A stretch of DNA of 64,000 bases, taken from the NCBI GenBank assembly GCA_021162805.1, contig JAGGXZ010000182.1, positions 17,009 to 81,008 of the forward strand, read 5' to 3'. This document shows positions 1-9,146 of this stretch, one piece after another. The number at the start of each line of letters is the position of its first letter. Within the stretch, counting starts at the first letter, position 1. The position numbers and the translations under genes are program-made. Under the pieces are notes generated by a model. It did not search any database, was not told where the DNA came from, and saw only the letters and a program-made list of their open reading frames with translations. Source of the stretch: Candidatus Poribacteria bacterium. Lineage in GTDB: Bacteria > Poribacteria > WGA-4E > B28-G17.

Positions 1-1
1 T

Positions 2-523
2 TATGCCCTCACCCCGGACGGCCAGAGGGCGGAGATCGCCGAGAGGAGTATCTCGTTGGGCCCGGGCGAAAGGAGGAGGTTGAACCTCTCATACAGGCCG
101 TCCGAGTGGGGGAGATATAGGATAAGGGCGTTCCTGAACCTCAACCTCGGATCGCTTGAGACCGATTTCGGGAATAACTTCGCCTCGGGCGAGGTTGAGG
201 TGAGACGATCGCCCGCGGTATGGGGTTCAGCTACGGTCTATCCGAATCCCTACAACGGCGGCCGCCTTCGCATGGCGTATCAGCTGAGCTCTGACGCCGA
301 CGTATTCGTCAAGATCTACGATCTAACAGGCCATCTCATCGGGGAGAGGGAATTCGTCAGCGGCACGAAGGGCGGGTTGTGGGGCCCTAACGATGTGGTC
401 ATATGGGACGGGAAAAATCGGTTCGGCGAGAAGGCAGCATCGGGGATCTATCTGATCCATCTCATCGCTGTAAATCAACACGGGAGCGTCGAGATAGGGA
501 GGAGAGTATGTCTCGTAAAGTGA
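2..523 (+). CDS. 3' part of a secreted protein (CARDB-like Ig domain plus FlgD/T9SS-like C-terminal domain); 5' end lies outside the window
   Basis: Frame is open from base 2 (YALTPDGQRAEIAERSISLGPGE...). C-terminus has VYPNP...IYDLTGHLI...WDGKNRFGEKAASGIY, typical of FlgD-Ig/T9SS type A CTDs. Confidence 0.75.
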   Translation, partial: YALTPDGQRAEIAERSISLGPGERRRLNLSYRPSEWGRYRIRAFLNLNLGSLETDFGNNFASGEVEVRRSPAVWGSATVYPNPYNGGRLRMAYQLSSDADVFVKIYDLTGHLIGEREFVSGTKGGLWGPNDVVIWDGKNRFGEKAASGIYLIHLIAVNQHGSVEIGRRVCLVK

Positions 524-2535
524 TCCCGATCCTCATCCTCCCTCTGATCCTGATGATGATCCCCTTCCTTTACGCCGCTCCGCCCCATCCTGATCTCGTG
601 AGACGATGGAAGAGAGAAGGTGATATGACCCTCTCCTCTCAACTGCCGTTTGCCGGCCACGATCTCAGACCCGGCCGCTACGCCATTCCGATGAAGGATG
701 GGATCGAATATGTGCTTGTGATACGGGTGGATTTTCCCGATAAACCCGCCGTCAGATCGAAGGAGGAGGTGGACGGCTTCTTCTTCGGCAGGGATCAGGT
801 CTCGCTTTATACTTATTATAAGGAGGTCTCTTACGGCAAGATGACCATCTCCCCGGGACCTATGGGCGGCAGTCTCCCTTGGGGTGAGAAGTGGTATAGG
901 ATGCCAAAGAGGATGAGCTATTATGGCGAGGGGCGAATGATGCTCGATCGATATCATGAGCTGATACGGAACGCCTGCGACGCCGCCGATCGGGACATCG
1001 ATTTCTCGAAATACGATAGGGACGGGGACGGATATGTCGATCACCTGATGTTGATACACGCCGGGGACGATGAGGCTTCCTCAGGCCGGTTTGAGGATAT
1101 CTGGTCGATGTTGATCCCATCGGTCAACCTCAGATATGACGGCGTTCGGATAAACAACGTCGCCGTCGTAGCCGAGGAGCCGAGCTACCCGAAGCCTCAT
1201 CTGGGAATCTTCTTCCATGAGTTCTTCCATGATTTCGGTGCGCCCGACCTTTACAGCGGCAGTGTGGCGGGGCCACATGACCAGCAATGGAGCTTGATGG
1301 GGATGTTCGGGCCTTATCAGGGGGCGAATAGGAACGGACTTGCGCCCGCCCACATCTGTGGATATCTCAAATGGGATTTCGACGCCAGGCCGGAAAACGG
1401 CCGGCACGGATGGATCAAGCCGGTGGAGATCACGCAAAATACGGAGGCGCTCGTCATACCCGCCTTCGAGACGGGCGATCCGGATAAGGTCCTCTACAAG
1501 ATAGATATCCCCGGCAAAAACGGTAGGGAGTTCTTCCTCATAGAGAACCGCGAGAGAAACTCGGGGGGGATGTATGACACATATCTTCCAGAATCCGGAA
1601 TTCTGATCTGGCATATAGATGAGACCGCCCCTCGAAGCGATACGAACGCGTCGGAAAGGGTATGGGTGGAGGATCCGTCCGATCCTGAGCATCTCGATCT
1701 GGAGCATATAACCGCCGGGGCCGCCTATTCTCTGGATGACGGCCAGACCGAGTTCACCCCATCGTCCGAGCCGAACAGCGATGCCAACGACGGCACGCCC
1801 TCCGGCATATCGATCGTCAACATCGGACATGAGGGGATCAAGATGCCGATCACGGTCTACTTCGGCGATACCTTCGAGCCGAACGACACGATCCAGCTCG
1901 CCTACGGGCCGCTGCTTTACGGGATCAGCTACGCGTCCTATATATTCGACGGGAACGATCCGGCCGACGTATACAGGATCGATCTCAAAAGGGGCGAGCC
2001 GGTGGAGATAAAGGTGGAGGATATCCCTGAGGGGGTGGTGATCGATGCCAAGCTGGTGGATGGGCTCGGCAACGTGTTGGCGAAAAGTGAGGAGGGGGAA
2101 AAGGGGTTTATCATCCTTTACAACCCGCCCGGCACCGGAACCGGATATCTGGTGGTAAGACGTATATCCGGATACGACCCGATCCACGCCTATCACGTCC
2201 GCATCGATCCTGTCACTCCATCATCCTCGCCGTTGAAGCTCACCAAGGTCTACGCCTATCCCAATCCGGTCCATCGAGGGGATAACGTGAGGTTCCACTT
2301 CGAGCTCGAGAACAAGGGCATGGCTGATGTGGTGGAGATATCCGTCTTCAATTTGAACCTGGATAGAGTTTACGGTGGGAAGATGGAGGATGTTATAGGG
2401 CGAAACGAATTCGGACCGTGGGATCTGAGAGATCCTAACGGCAGGAGATGCGCTCCGGGGATATATCTCTATCTTATCTCAGCCCGCCGAGGGAAAGATG
2501 TCTCCAGGGCGATCGGCAAGCTGGCGATTGAGTGA
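508..2535 (+). CDS. Secreted M6-family (immune inhibitor A-like) zinc metalloprotease with PPC-like domain and FlgD/T9SS-like CTD
   Basis: ATG 508 follows GGGAGGAG; signal peptide MSRKVIPILILPLILMMIPFLYA. Motifs DFSKYDRDGDGYVD, HAG, HEFFHDFGAPDLY (HExxH), FFLIENR, GILIWHIDE, FEPND and C-terminal YAYPNP...WDLRDPNG...PGIYLY. Confidence 0.88.
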   Translation: MSRKVIPILILPLILMMIPFLYAAPPHPDLVRRWKREGDMTLSSQLPFAGHDLRPGRYAIPMKDGIEYVLVIRVDFPDKPAVRSKEEVDGFFFGRDQVSLYTYYKEVSYGKMTISPGPMGGSLPWGEKWYRMPKRMSYYGEGRMMLDRYHELIRNACDAADRDIDFSKYDRDGDGYVDHLMLIHAGDDEASSGRFEDIWSMLIPSVNLRYDGVRINNVAVVAEEPSYPKPHLGIFFHEFFHDFGAPDLYSGSVAGPHDQQWSLMGMFGPYQGANRNGLAPAHICGYLKWDFDARPENGRHGWIKPVEITQNTEALVIPAFETGDPDKVLYKIDIPGKNGREFFLIENRERNSGGMYDTYLPESGILIWHIDETAPRSDTNASERVWVEDPSDPEHLDLEHITAGAAYSLDDGQTEFTPSSEPNSDANDGTPSGISIVNIGHEGIKMPITVYFGDTFEPNDTIQLAYGPLLYGISYASYIFDGNDPADVYRIDLKRGEPVEIKVEDIPEGVVIDAKLVDGLGNVLAKSEEGEKGFIILYNPPGTGTGYLVVRRISGYDPIHAYHVRIDPVTPSSSPLKLTKVYAYPNPVHRGDNVRFHFELENKGMADVVEISVFNLNLDRVYGGKMEDVIGRNEFGPWDLRDPNGRRCAPGIYLYLISARRGKDVSRAIGKLAIE

Positions 2536-2545
2536 TGATAGGCTG

Positions 2546-2887
2546 TCAAAACCGGAAGAATATCTTTCGGCTCCTGCGTTCCTCATCTATCCTCTCGGCA
2601 TGTTCCAAGACGATCTCCCTTGGACACGCCTTCGTGAAGATATATAGCCCGGGGATGAATATGATCAGAATCGGAACAATCGGGTCATCGAGTCTTCCTA
2701 GAGGCAGGAAATCGGGCCAGAAATCCACGGGCATGATGTAGTATAGGGCGAAGAAGATCACGGAGATGGCGCCGAAAATCAGGGGTATGAACTTCAGATA
2801 GACCGGAACCCGCGGATCCCAGAACAGCCTCCAGGCGAGCTTAAGGAAATTGGGCAGGTGATATATAAACCTCAGAAGTTTTAACAA
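2546..2887 (-). CDS. YkvA/DUF1232-family small membrane protein
   Basis: DPRVP...K and YYIMPVDFWPDFLPLGRLDD signature; RBS upstream of TTG. Confidence 0.85.
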   Translation of the reverse strand: MLKLLRFIYHLPNFLKLAWRLFWDPRVPVYLKFIPLIFGAISVIFFALYYIMPVDFWPDFLPLGRLDDPIVPILIIFIPGLYIFTKACPREIVLEHAERIDEERRSRKIFFRF

Positions 2888-2934
2888 CCTTCACCCCTCC
2901 AAATTGATATCCTTTCCCAAGTTTTCACGGGGGA

Positions 2935-2956
2935 GGGGCGAAAAATCTTTCGCCCC
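2935..2956. repeat. REP-like GC-rich palindrome (possible terminator)
   Basis: GGGGCGAAA-aatc-TTTCGCCCC, perfect 9-bp stem just downstream of the isomerase gene. Confidence 0.6.
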
Positions 2957-2967
2957 CAAAATCTTCC

Positions 2968-4107
2968 TCAGACGTATCCTGGCATCTCAGATAGGTCTCT
3001 GGCGTTCGGATGCCAGAGCCTGGTCAGATATGCCTCGAGCACGCCTCTGTTTTTATGCGGACGCTCGATACACGCTAGGACGAGCTCGTGGTCCACCTCG
3101 TCTGTCATCTGTATAAGCGCTTTGAGCCTATCCATATTGTTGATCAGCGCCCGATCGACCGGCATTCTCTCGGGGTTTATATCTATGCCGAGATACCCCC
3201 TATACCCGTGCATCTTCAGCACATATAGGGCGGCAAAGGCCTGTTCGGGGGAGATCACCCCGACGTTCAGGTCTTGGTCGTAATTACCCAGCGGTTGACT
3301 GTTCCAATGCGTATGGGCCAGCCTGCCCTGCCTCAATATCCTGCTGAACGAATACGCCAGATCCTCAAATCCCATCAGAACATGCCCCACCTCAGGGTTG
3401 AGCGTCACAAGGGCATGTCCCTCCTCAAGCAGCCTTCGGTTTTCCTCCGATGAGAGCTTTTTCTCGACGTCCTGAGCCATTATGAGTCCGTCGGCGGTAT
3501 TGCGATAGATGTTGTTGCCGCGAGGCTCGTAAGGTTTGGGCTCGATGGCGATCCTCACCCCCGGAACGGCATCCATCGCCTCGGCTAACCCCTCTTCGAA
3601 TCTATCCCACATAGCGTAGAAATCGATGCCGAAAGCCATCTCGAACCCGTCGATGCCGGGCCATACGATAGCGAAGTCGGTGTCGAGCTCCTTGTTCAGC
3701 TCAAGCGTCCTTATGGTTCGTTGGATGGCCTTACGCCTCACCTCGGGTATGGGCGATGAGAGGGAGCCGAACTCGAACTCCGGATCGTAGAAGAGACCGG
3801 GGACGATCGTGATCAGCCTTAACCCCGTATCCTTCTGAAGTTGTTTGTAAAGCTCGATGTTCTCCTCGTTCACCTCGGTCGGGTAATGTGCCTCAAGCCC
3901 TTTAAGCCCGTAATCCACCAACTCAGCGGCGATATCCAATCTCTCCTTGATGCTGAGCTCTCTTCCGTATCTGGCGTGGAATCTGCTTGCCGCGGGGGAG
4001 AAGTACCACACGCCGGCGGAGAACTTCGGCTCGAGCTTGAACTCCCTAAGATGTTTTATAAGTTCATCCCCCTTTCGGACCTTTGTCTGATCTCTCAGAT
4101 CTAACAT
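2968..4107 (-). CDS. Xylose isomerase-like TIM-barrel sugar isomerase
   Basis: Metal-binding motifs IEPKPYEPRGN, LNPEVGH and NSQPLGNYDQDL resemble XylA; ATG 4107 follows GGAGGGTGAT. Substrate not determinable. Confidence 0.8.
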   Translation of the reverse strand: MLDLRDQTKVRKGDELIKHLREFKLEPKFSAGVWYFSPAASRFHARYGRELSIKERLDIAAELVDYGLKGLEAHYPTEVNEENIELYKQLQKDTGLRLITIVPGLFYDPEFEFGSLSSPIPEVRRKAIQRTIRTLELNKELDTDFAIVWPGIDGFEMAFGIDFYAMWDRFEEGLAEAMDAVPGVRIAIEPKPYEPRGNNIYRNTADGLIMAQDVEKKLSSEENRRLLEEGHALVTLNPEVGHVLMGFEDLAYSFSRILRQGRLAHTHWNSQPLGNYDQDLNVGVISPEQAFAALYVLKMHGYRGYLGIDINPERMPVDRALINNMDRLKALIQMTDEVDHELVLACIERPHKNRGVLEAYLTRLWHPNARDLSEMPGYV

Positions 4108-4230
4108 ATCACCCTCCGTCGATCGGCGTATTGACCCCAAGGGGATCATTGTTATTTTAACATACCCTTTTCATCCATTACAAGCTGTAAGGGCGAGGCG
4201 TAGGGGTTTTCAACGCTTTTCACCGACACT

Positions 4231-4289
4231 GTAGTGGCAGGCCCCCGTGCCTGCCAGAATCGAGGGCATGCACAGGGGCATGCCCCTAC
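4231..4289. repeat. Inverted doublet of GTAG-type REP palindromes (REPIN-like)
   Basis: GTAGTGGCAGGCCCCCGTGCCTGCC (4231-4255) faces GGGCATGCACAGGGGCATGCCCCTAC (4264-4289; GTAGGGGCATGCCCCTGTGCATGCCC on the minus strand). Confidence 0.7.
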
Positions 4290-4347
4290 CTATGCTCGAT
4301 TATGCCAAATCATTGAAAAGCCCTCGGCGAGGCGATCTCCTGCAGGT

Positions 4348-4376
4348 TTGCACCTATCCGATTCCTGTGATATAAT
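4348..4376 (+). promoter_or_regulatory. Sigma70 promoter for the yicC-gmk operon
   Basis: TTGCAC-17 nt-TATAAT with extended -10 TG at 4368-4369. Confidence 0.7.
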
Positions 4377-4400
4377 CTTGTCCGGTAATCCCGAACAGGG

Positions 4401-5288
4401 GTGAACGAATTGAAAAGTATGACGGGCTACGGGCGAAGCTCCATTGAGACACCTTTCGGCAGGCTCGTCGTTGAGGTTAAAACGGTCAATCACAGATACA
4501 GCCAGATCTCCTCTCGAATTCCCTCTCAGCTCTCATCGCTCGAACCGAAAATACTGAAATCGCTGAAGCATAGGATCGCTCGTGGGCAGATCTATCTGAA
4601 CATGGAGTTGATCTCCGATGAGGGGACCACCTTCCCCAGAAAGGTCGTGGTGGATATCGATCTCGCCAGACAGTACAAGCGTTATCTCGATTCCCTTCGC
4701 GAATCCCTTGGGATAGATGAGCCGGTTTCGCTCTCTTTGATAGGATCGATGCCGGGGGTTTTCGAGTTGGTCGAGCCCGATCTGGATGAGGAGAAGACAT
4801 GGCGGTGGTTGGAGGAGGGATTGAACGAGGCTTTGGATGCCTTGGATGAGTCGAGGCTTGCTGAGGGGGAGAGGATGAAATCGGATATGTCCCAGCGGCT
4901 TTCCCTTATCGCCGGATCGATTGAGAGGATCAAGGAGATCGCCCGAAACGACGTGGAAAGATATATGAGAAAGCTCTCAGAGAGGATGAGGGAGATTCTG
5001 AAGGGTGAATACGATGAGGCGAGGCTCATGATGGAGGCAGCCATGCTGGCTGAAAAGTCGGATGTCTCCGAGGAGATCGTCCGAATGGAGAGCCATATAA
5101 AACGGTTTGAGGAGCTGGTCGAATCGGATGATCCCGTCGGCAGACAGATGGATTTCCTGTTGCAGGAGATGCTCAGAGAGGCTACAACCATGGCTTCCAA
5201 GGCCATATCGGCCGAGATCGTCTCCGAAACGGTGAAGATGCGGTCGGAGATAGATAAATTGAGAGAGATGGCCCAGAATGTCGAGTGA
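4401..5288 (+). CDS. yicC: YicC/YloC-family endoribonuclease
   Basis: SMTGYG, EVKTVNHR, DVSEEIVR, GRQMDFLLQEMLRE and REMAQNVE; canonical position upstream of gmk. Confidence 0.92.
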   Translation: MNELKSMTGYGRSSIETPFGRLVVEVKTVNHRYSQISSRIPSQLSSLEPKILKSLKHRIARGQIYLNMELISDEGTTFPRKVVVDIDLARQYKRYLDSLRESLGIDEPVSLSLIGSMPGVFELVEPDLDEEKTWRWLEEGLNEALDALDESRLAEGERMKSDMSQRLSLIAGSIERIKEIARNDVERYMRKLSERMREILKGEYDEARLMMEAAMLAEKSDVSEEIVRMESHIKRFEELVESDDPVGRQMDFLLQEMLREATTMASKAISAEIVSETVKMRSEIDKLREMAQNVE

Positions 5289-5913
5289 GGGACAGCTCAT
5301 CGTCATATCCGGGCCTTCCGGCTCGGGCAAAAGCAGTCTCGTCGATCTGCTTCTGAGGAGAAATCCATCCCTGCGCCGCTCCATCTCCGCCACAACACGT
5401 CGGCCCAGACGAGAAGAACGTGATGGCGTGGATTACCACTTCATGAGCGTCGAGAGGTTCAAGGAGGGGATGGAGAGGGGGGAGTTCCTGGAGTGGGCGG
5501 TCTATAACGGGAACTACTACGGCACACCCAGAAAAGGGGTGGATGAGGCTATCTCCAGGGGAGAGGATATCCTGCTGACGATAGAGGTTCAGGGAGCAGC
5601 TCAGATAAGGAGGATCTATCCCGATGCCCTGCTCATATTCATCTTACCTCCTTCACCGGAATCGCTGAGGGAAAGGATCAAAAGGCGCGGGAGCGAATCG
5701 GAGGAGGAGATCGAACGAAGGCTCCGTATAGCGGAGGATGAGATATCCAAGATAGAGATCTACGACTTTTTCGTCATCAATCGGGAGGGCGAGCTGGAGA
5801 AGGCCGCTGAGGAGGTGGAGAGGATCATATCGATCGGAAAACACCGTTTGACCAGGGGAAGGATCGAGAAGATCAAACGCTTATATAGGGTGAGAACTTT
5901 AGCTCCAGTATGA
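5278..5913 (+). CDS. gmk: Guanylate kinase
   Basis: SGPSGSGKS P-loop, SISATTRRPR, DGVDYHF, FLEWA and NYYGTP. Confidence 0.96.
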   Translation: MSSEGQLIVISGPSGSGKSSLVDLLLRRNPSLRRSISATTRRPRREERDGVDYHFMSVERFKEGMERGEFLEWAVYNGNYYGTPRKGVDEAISRGEDILLTIEVQGAAQIRRIYPDALLIFILPPSPESLRERIKRRGSESEEEIERRLRIAEDEISKIEIYDFFVINREGELEKAAEEVERIISIGKHRLTRGRIEKIKRLYRVRTLAPV

Positions 5914-6371
5914 CCGGACTAAGCATAGAGGATATCAAAGCAAATCTTGATAGTATGATGCGGAATCTCCATCAGGAGTTCGGAGATCGACTTATAGCCG
6001 TTGTCGTTTATGGAAGTTATGCTCGTGGATCGGCTAAACCGAAATCTGATGTTGATCTTCTGGTGGTGGTGAGGGGATTGCCGCGAGATTGGGATACCAT
6101 TCACCGTTTGGAGGATAGGTGGACGTTCAAAGGGCGACAATTTGGAAAGCGCTTCCAAGTTATGTTTGTAAGCCCGGAGGATGTAGAAGATTCCGTGGAA
6201 TATGCGGCGCCGTTGATGCTGGAGATTTATAACGCTCATAAAGTTATCTTTGATCAGAATGGATTCTTCAGAAACTGTATAATTCGTATGGAGCATCTCA
6301 TAAAGGAACGAGGAATCCGAATGAAAAGACAGGGGGTCTGGGAGGTTCCTGAGAGTGTTATCCCATCGTGA
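5910..6371 (+). CDS. Minimal nucleotidyltransferase (MNT) antitoxin-like protein
   Basis: YGSYARG...SDVDLLVV polbeta-type motif; paired with a downstream HEPN gene; visibly more AT-rich than flanks. Confidence 0.88.
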   Translation: MTGLSIEDIKANLDSMMRNLHQEFGDRLIAVVVYGSYARGSAKPKSDVDLLVVVRGLPRDWDTIHRLEDRWTFKGRQFGKRFQVMFVSPEDVEDSVEYAAPLMLEIYNAHKVIFDQNGFFRNCIIRMEHLIKERGIRMKRQGVWEVPESVIPS

Positions 6372-6810
6372 TATCAGCCGGGCTTTACTGATAGAGGCAT
6401 ATACCGATTTAAAGGCAGCGCAAGTACTAAGGCAGGCGGGCATTTACGCTCGATGTATAGCCCACTGTCAACATACCGTGGAAAAGACGCTTAAGGCGGC
6501 ATTGGCCATTAGGGATGTGCTCATCACCGATCGTCATGAAATATCAGAGGATTTCAGGCAGACTTGCTTTGACTGGGAATGCTGCAGCGAATTGGCGGAC
6601 ATCGCTGTTGAGATGGAAGCAATGAGGTCCCGCACGGAATATCCGCTATTTGGACGCCGAGATCTACCTATATGGCTTCCCTCTGAACGGTATACGGAAG
6701 CCGATGCAGATGAGGCTTTGGAGAAAACTCGATATGTGTTTAACACGGTGAAGTGCCGGTTATCGGACGAGTATGATATCCATTTCGAGATCGGAGGTGA
6801 TAAGGTATGA
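6355..6810 (+). CDS. HEPN-domain protein (MNT-HEPN toxin-antitoxin partner)
   Basis: A..DL.AA, HCQHTVEKTLKAAL, H, RTEYP and YTEADADEALE pattern of HEPN proteins. Confidence 0.85.
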   Translation: MLSHRDISRALLIEAYTDLKAAQVLRQAGIYARCIAHCQHTVEKTLKAALAIRDVLITDRHEISEDFRQTCFDWECCSELADIAVEMEAMRSRTEYPLFGRRDLPIWLPSERYTEADADEALEKTRYVFNTVKCRLSDEYDIHFEIGGDKV

Positions 6811-7145
6811 GAAACGTGATGATCGAAGATCTGGAGGAGATCGTCGGAAACAAGTATCTTGCTGCCAATATCGCGGCCAGACGAGCACGCCAGCTTAACA
6901 TAGGCGTTAGGCCTAGGATCAAGACAAACCACGTGAAGTATCCTTCCATCGCTTTGGAGGAGCTGGCCGCCGGAGAGTTGGAGTATAAACCGCTGCCGCG
7001 GGAGGCCAAACCGGATAGAGCTCTCTATCCCAGCAGAGAGGTGGACGAGGAGATCTCCGAGGAATTCCGCAAACAGATGCGATTTGTCACCGAGAAGGAG
7101 GAGATGAGAATGGATAGAGAGGCAATGGAGTTCGAGGATACCTGA
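6807..7145 (+). CDS. rpoZ: RNA polymerase omega subunit
   Basis: NKYLAANIAARRARQL and K.PSIALEEL; gmk-rpoZ-coaBC context. Confidence 0.9.
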   Translation: MRNVMIEDLEEIVGNKYLAANIAARRARQLNIGVRPRIKTNHVKYPSIALEELAAGELEYKPLPREAKPDRALYPSREVDEEISEEFRKQMRFVTEKEEMRMDREAMEFEDT

Positions 7146-8347
7146 TGGACGCCCTCAAGGATAGGAACATACTTCTGGGAGTCACCGGAGGGATAGCGGC
7201 TTTTAAGGCCGCCTCCCTTGCCGGTCAGCTCATCAAGTTGGGAGCGAGCGTGAAGGTGGTGATGACCCATAATGCCACCCAGTTCATCTCGCCGCTCACC
7301 TTTCAAACGCTCTCGCGCAACCCCGTCTATCTCGATATGTTCTCCCCTATCAGTTGGCAGCCCGAACATATATCGCTGGCCGACTGGGCTGAGCTTTTCG
7401 TCATAGCCCCGGCGACCGCCAACGTCATAGGCAAACTCGCCCATGGGATAGCGGACGACCTTCTGACGACGATCGCTCTGGCCGTCAGGTGTCCCATTAT
7501 ATTGGCGCCCGCCATGAACTCCAACATGCTCGATAACCCCATCCTTCAGGATAACCTGGGATATCTGGAGGAACAGGGGTTCTTCATCATCGCTCCCGAA
7601 TACGGTCCCCTCGCATGTGGATATGAAGGGAAAGGGAGGCTGGCCGATTTAGACGTGATCGTCGAGACGATCAGGATGACTTTGACACCTAAGGATCTTG
7701 AAGGGATCAAGGTTCTGGTTACAGCCGGACCGACGAGGGAGAGGATTGATCCGATCAGGTTCATCACCAACAGATCCAGCGGTAAGATGGGATACGCCTT
7801 GGCGAGGGCCGCCCGCGACAGAGGCGCTCAGGTAACCCTGATAAGCGGCCCCACATCGCTCAGATCTCCTCCGTATGTGGAGTTTATCCAGGTCGAAACC
7901 GCCCTGCAGATGAAAGATGCCGTGATGGAGCGGTTCAAATGGGCGGATGTGCTCATCATGGCGGCCGCCGTGGCGGATTACAGGCCGAAAGAGAGCTTGG
8001 AGCGTAAGCTCAAAAAATCCGATTCAGAGTTGGTTCTCAGGCTCGCGCCCAACCCTGATATCCTTGCCGAGCTGGGCGGAGAAAAGGGAAATAAGATCCT
8101 GGTCGGATTCGCCGCGGAAACGGAACACGTCGTCTCCAACGCCCTGGAAAAACTGCGCGCCAAGAATCTCGATCTGATCGTCGCCAATAACATCCTGGAA
8201 CGAGGAGCCGGATTCGAATCCGACACCAATATCGTCACGATAATAGACGAAAGGGGAAAGGCCGAAAAGCTTCCGATCCTTTCCAAGGATGAGGTCGCGC
8301 ATAGAATCCTGGATAGGATATCAGAGATGATCCGCGGTGAAGGTTAG
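7145..8347 (+). CDS. coaBC: Phosphopantothenoylcysteine decarboxylase/ligase
   Basis: GVTGGIAAFK, APATAN, PAMN, LACG..GKGRL, TAGPTRE.IDPIRFITNRSSGKMG and GFAAET. Confidence 0.97.
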   Translation: MDALKDRNILLGVTGGIAAFKAASLAGQLIKLGASVKVVMTHNATQFISPLTFQTLSRNPVYLDMFSPISWQPEHISLADWAELFVIAPATANVIGKLAHGIADDLLTTIALAVRCPIILAPAMNSNMLDNPILQDNLGYLEEQGFFIIAPEYGPLACGYEGKGRLADLDVIVETIRMTLTPKDLEGIKVLVTAGPTRERIDPIRFITNRSSGKMGYALARAARDRGAQVTLISGPTSLRSPPYVEFIQVETALQMKDAVMERFKWADVLIMAAAVADYRPKESLERKLKKSDSELVLRLAPNPDILAELGGEKGNKILVGFAAETEHVVSNALEKLRAKNLDLIVANNILERGAGFESDTNIVTIIDERGKAEKLPILSKDEVAHRILDRISEMIRGEG

Positions 8348-9146
8348 GCCCAAAAAAAGGTTAGGACAGAACTTCCTCAAGGATGAAGGATACCTCGCCC
8401 GTATCATCTCATCGGCGGAGGTGTCGGAGGGCGATCTTGTCTTGGAGATCGGAGCCGGCACAGGTGAGCTGACGCAGTTCCTGATCGATCGGGCCGATCA
8501 GGTGATAGCGATCGAGGTAGATGCGGACCTGATCCCAATCTTGGAAGGGAGGTTCTCATCTTCATCCAAGCTTCATCTCCTTCACGCTGATGCCCTGAAA
8601 CTGGATTGGGTGAACCTGATCCGGGGGATCGATTCCTGTCGCAAAGCTAAGCTCGTATCGAACATACCCTATTACATAACCGCACCTCTTATCGAGAAGG
8701 CGATAGAAAGCAGGTCGGCTTTGAACCTATGTGTCCTGACCGTCCAGAAGGAGGTCGCTCTACGGATATGCGCCTCACCCGGCGGGAGGGAATATGGATC
8801 TTTGAGCATAATGGTTCAGTATCACGCCGACGTGGAGAGGCTTTTCGACATACCGCCTGGAGCCTTCCGGCCGAGCCCCGGCGTCTCATCCAGTGTCATC
8901 AGGATCAGATTTAGGGAGGAACCGAGGGTAAGGGTGAAGGATGAGAAGTTGTTTTTCAAGATCGTCAGGGCGGCCTTTCAGCAGAGACGCAAGATGATCG
9001 TAAACGCACTCAGATCACTCGGACTCGATAGGAAAAGGCTTGAGGAAACGTTAAAGCGAGCCGATATACCTCCAGAGAGCCGACCCGAAATGCTGAGTCT
9101 GGAGGAGTTCGGGAGATTAGCCGATGGGATGGCTGAACGCGTTTAA
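8337..9146 (+). CDS. rsmA: 16S rRNA dimethyladenosine transferase
   Basis: KKRLGQNFL, LEIGAGTG, SNIPYYIT, QKEVA.R and AFQQRRK. Confidence 0.96.
   Translation: MKVRPKKRLGQNFLKDEGYLARIISSAEVSEGDLVLEIGAGTGELTQFLIDRADQVIAIEVDADLIPILEGRFSSSSKLHLLHADALKLDWVNLIRGIDSCRKAKLVSNIPYYITAPLIEKAIESRSALNLCVLTVQKEVALRICASPGGREYGSLSIMVQYHADVERLFDIPPGAFRPSPGVSSSVIRIRFREEPRVRVKDEKLFFKIVRAAFQQRRKMIVNALRSLGLDRKRLEETLKRADIPPESRPEMLSLEEFGRLADGMAERV

Noticed and set aside
403..507. Upstream extension of the M6 protease ORF
   Set aside because: It overlaps the previous gene; the RBS and signal peptide support ATG 508.
1081..2196. Long antisense ORFs (also 15570-16460, 45315-46448, 60471-61181 and others)
   Set aside because: They lie fully opposite well-supported genes and have no motifs; they are typical shadow ORFs of GC-rich coding DNA.
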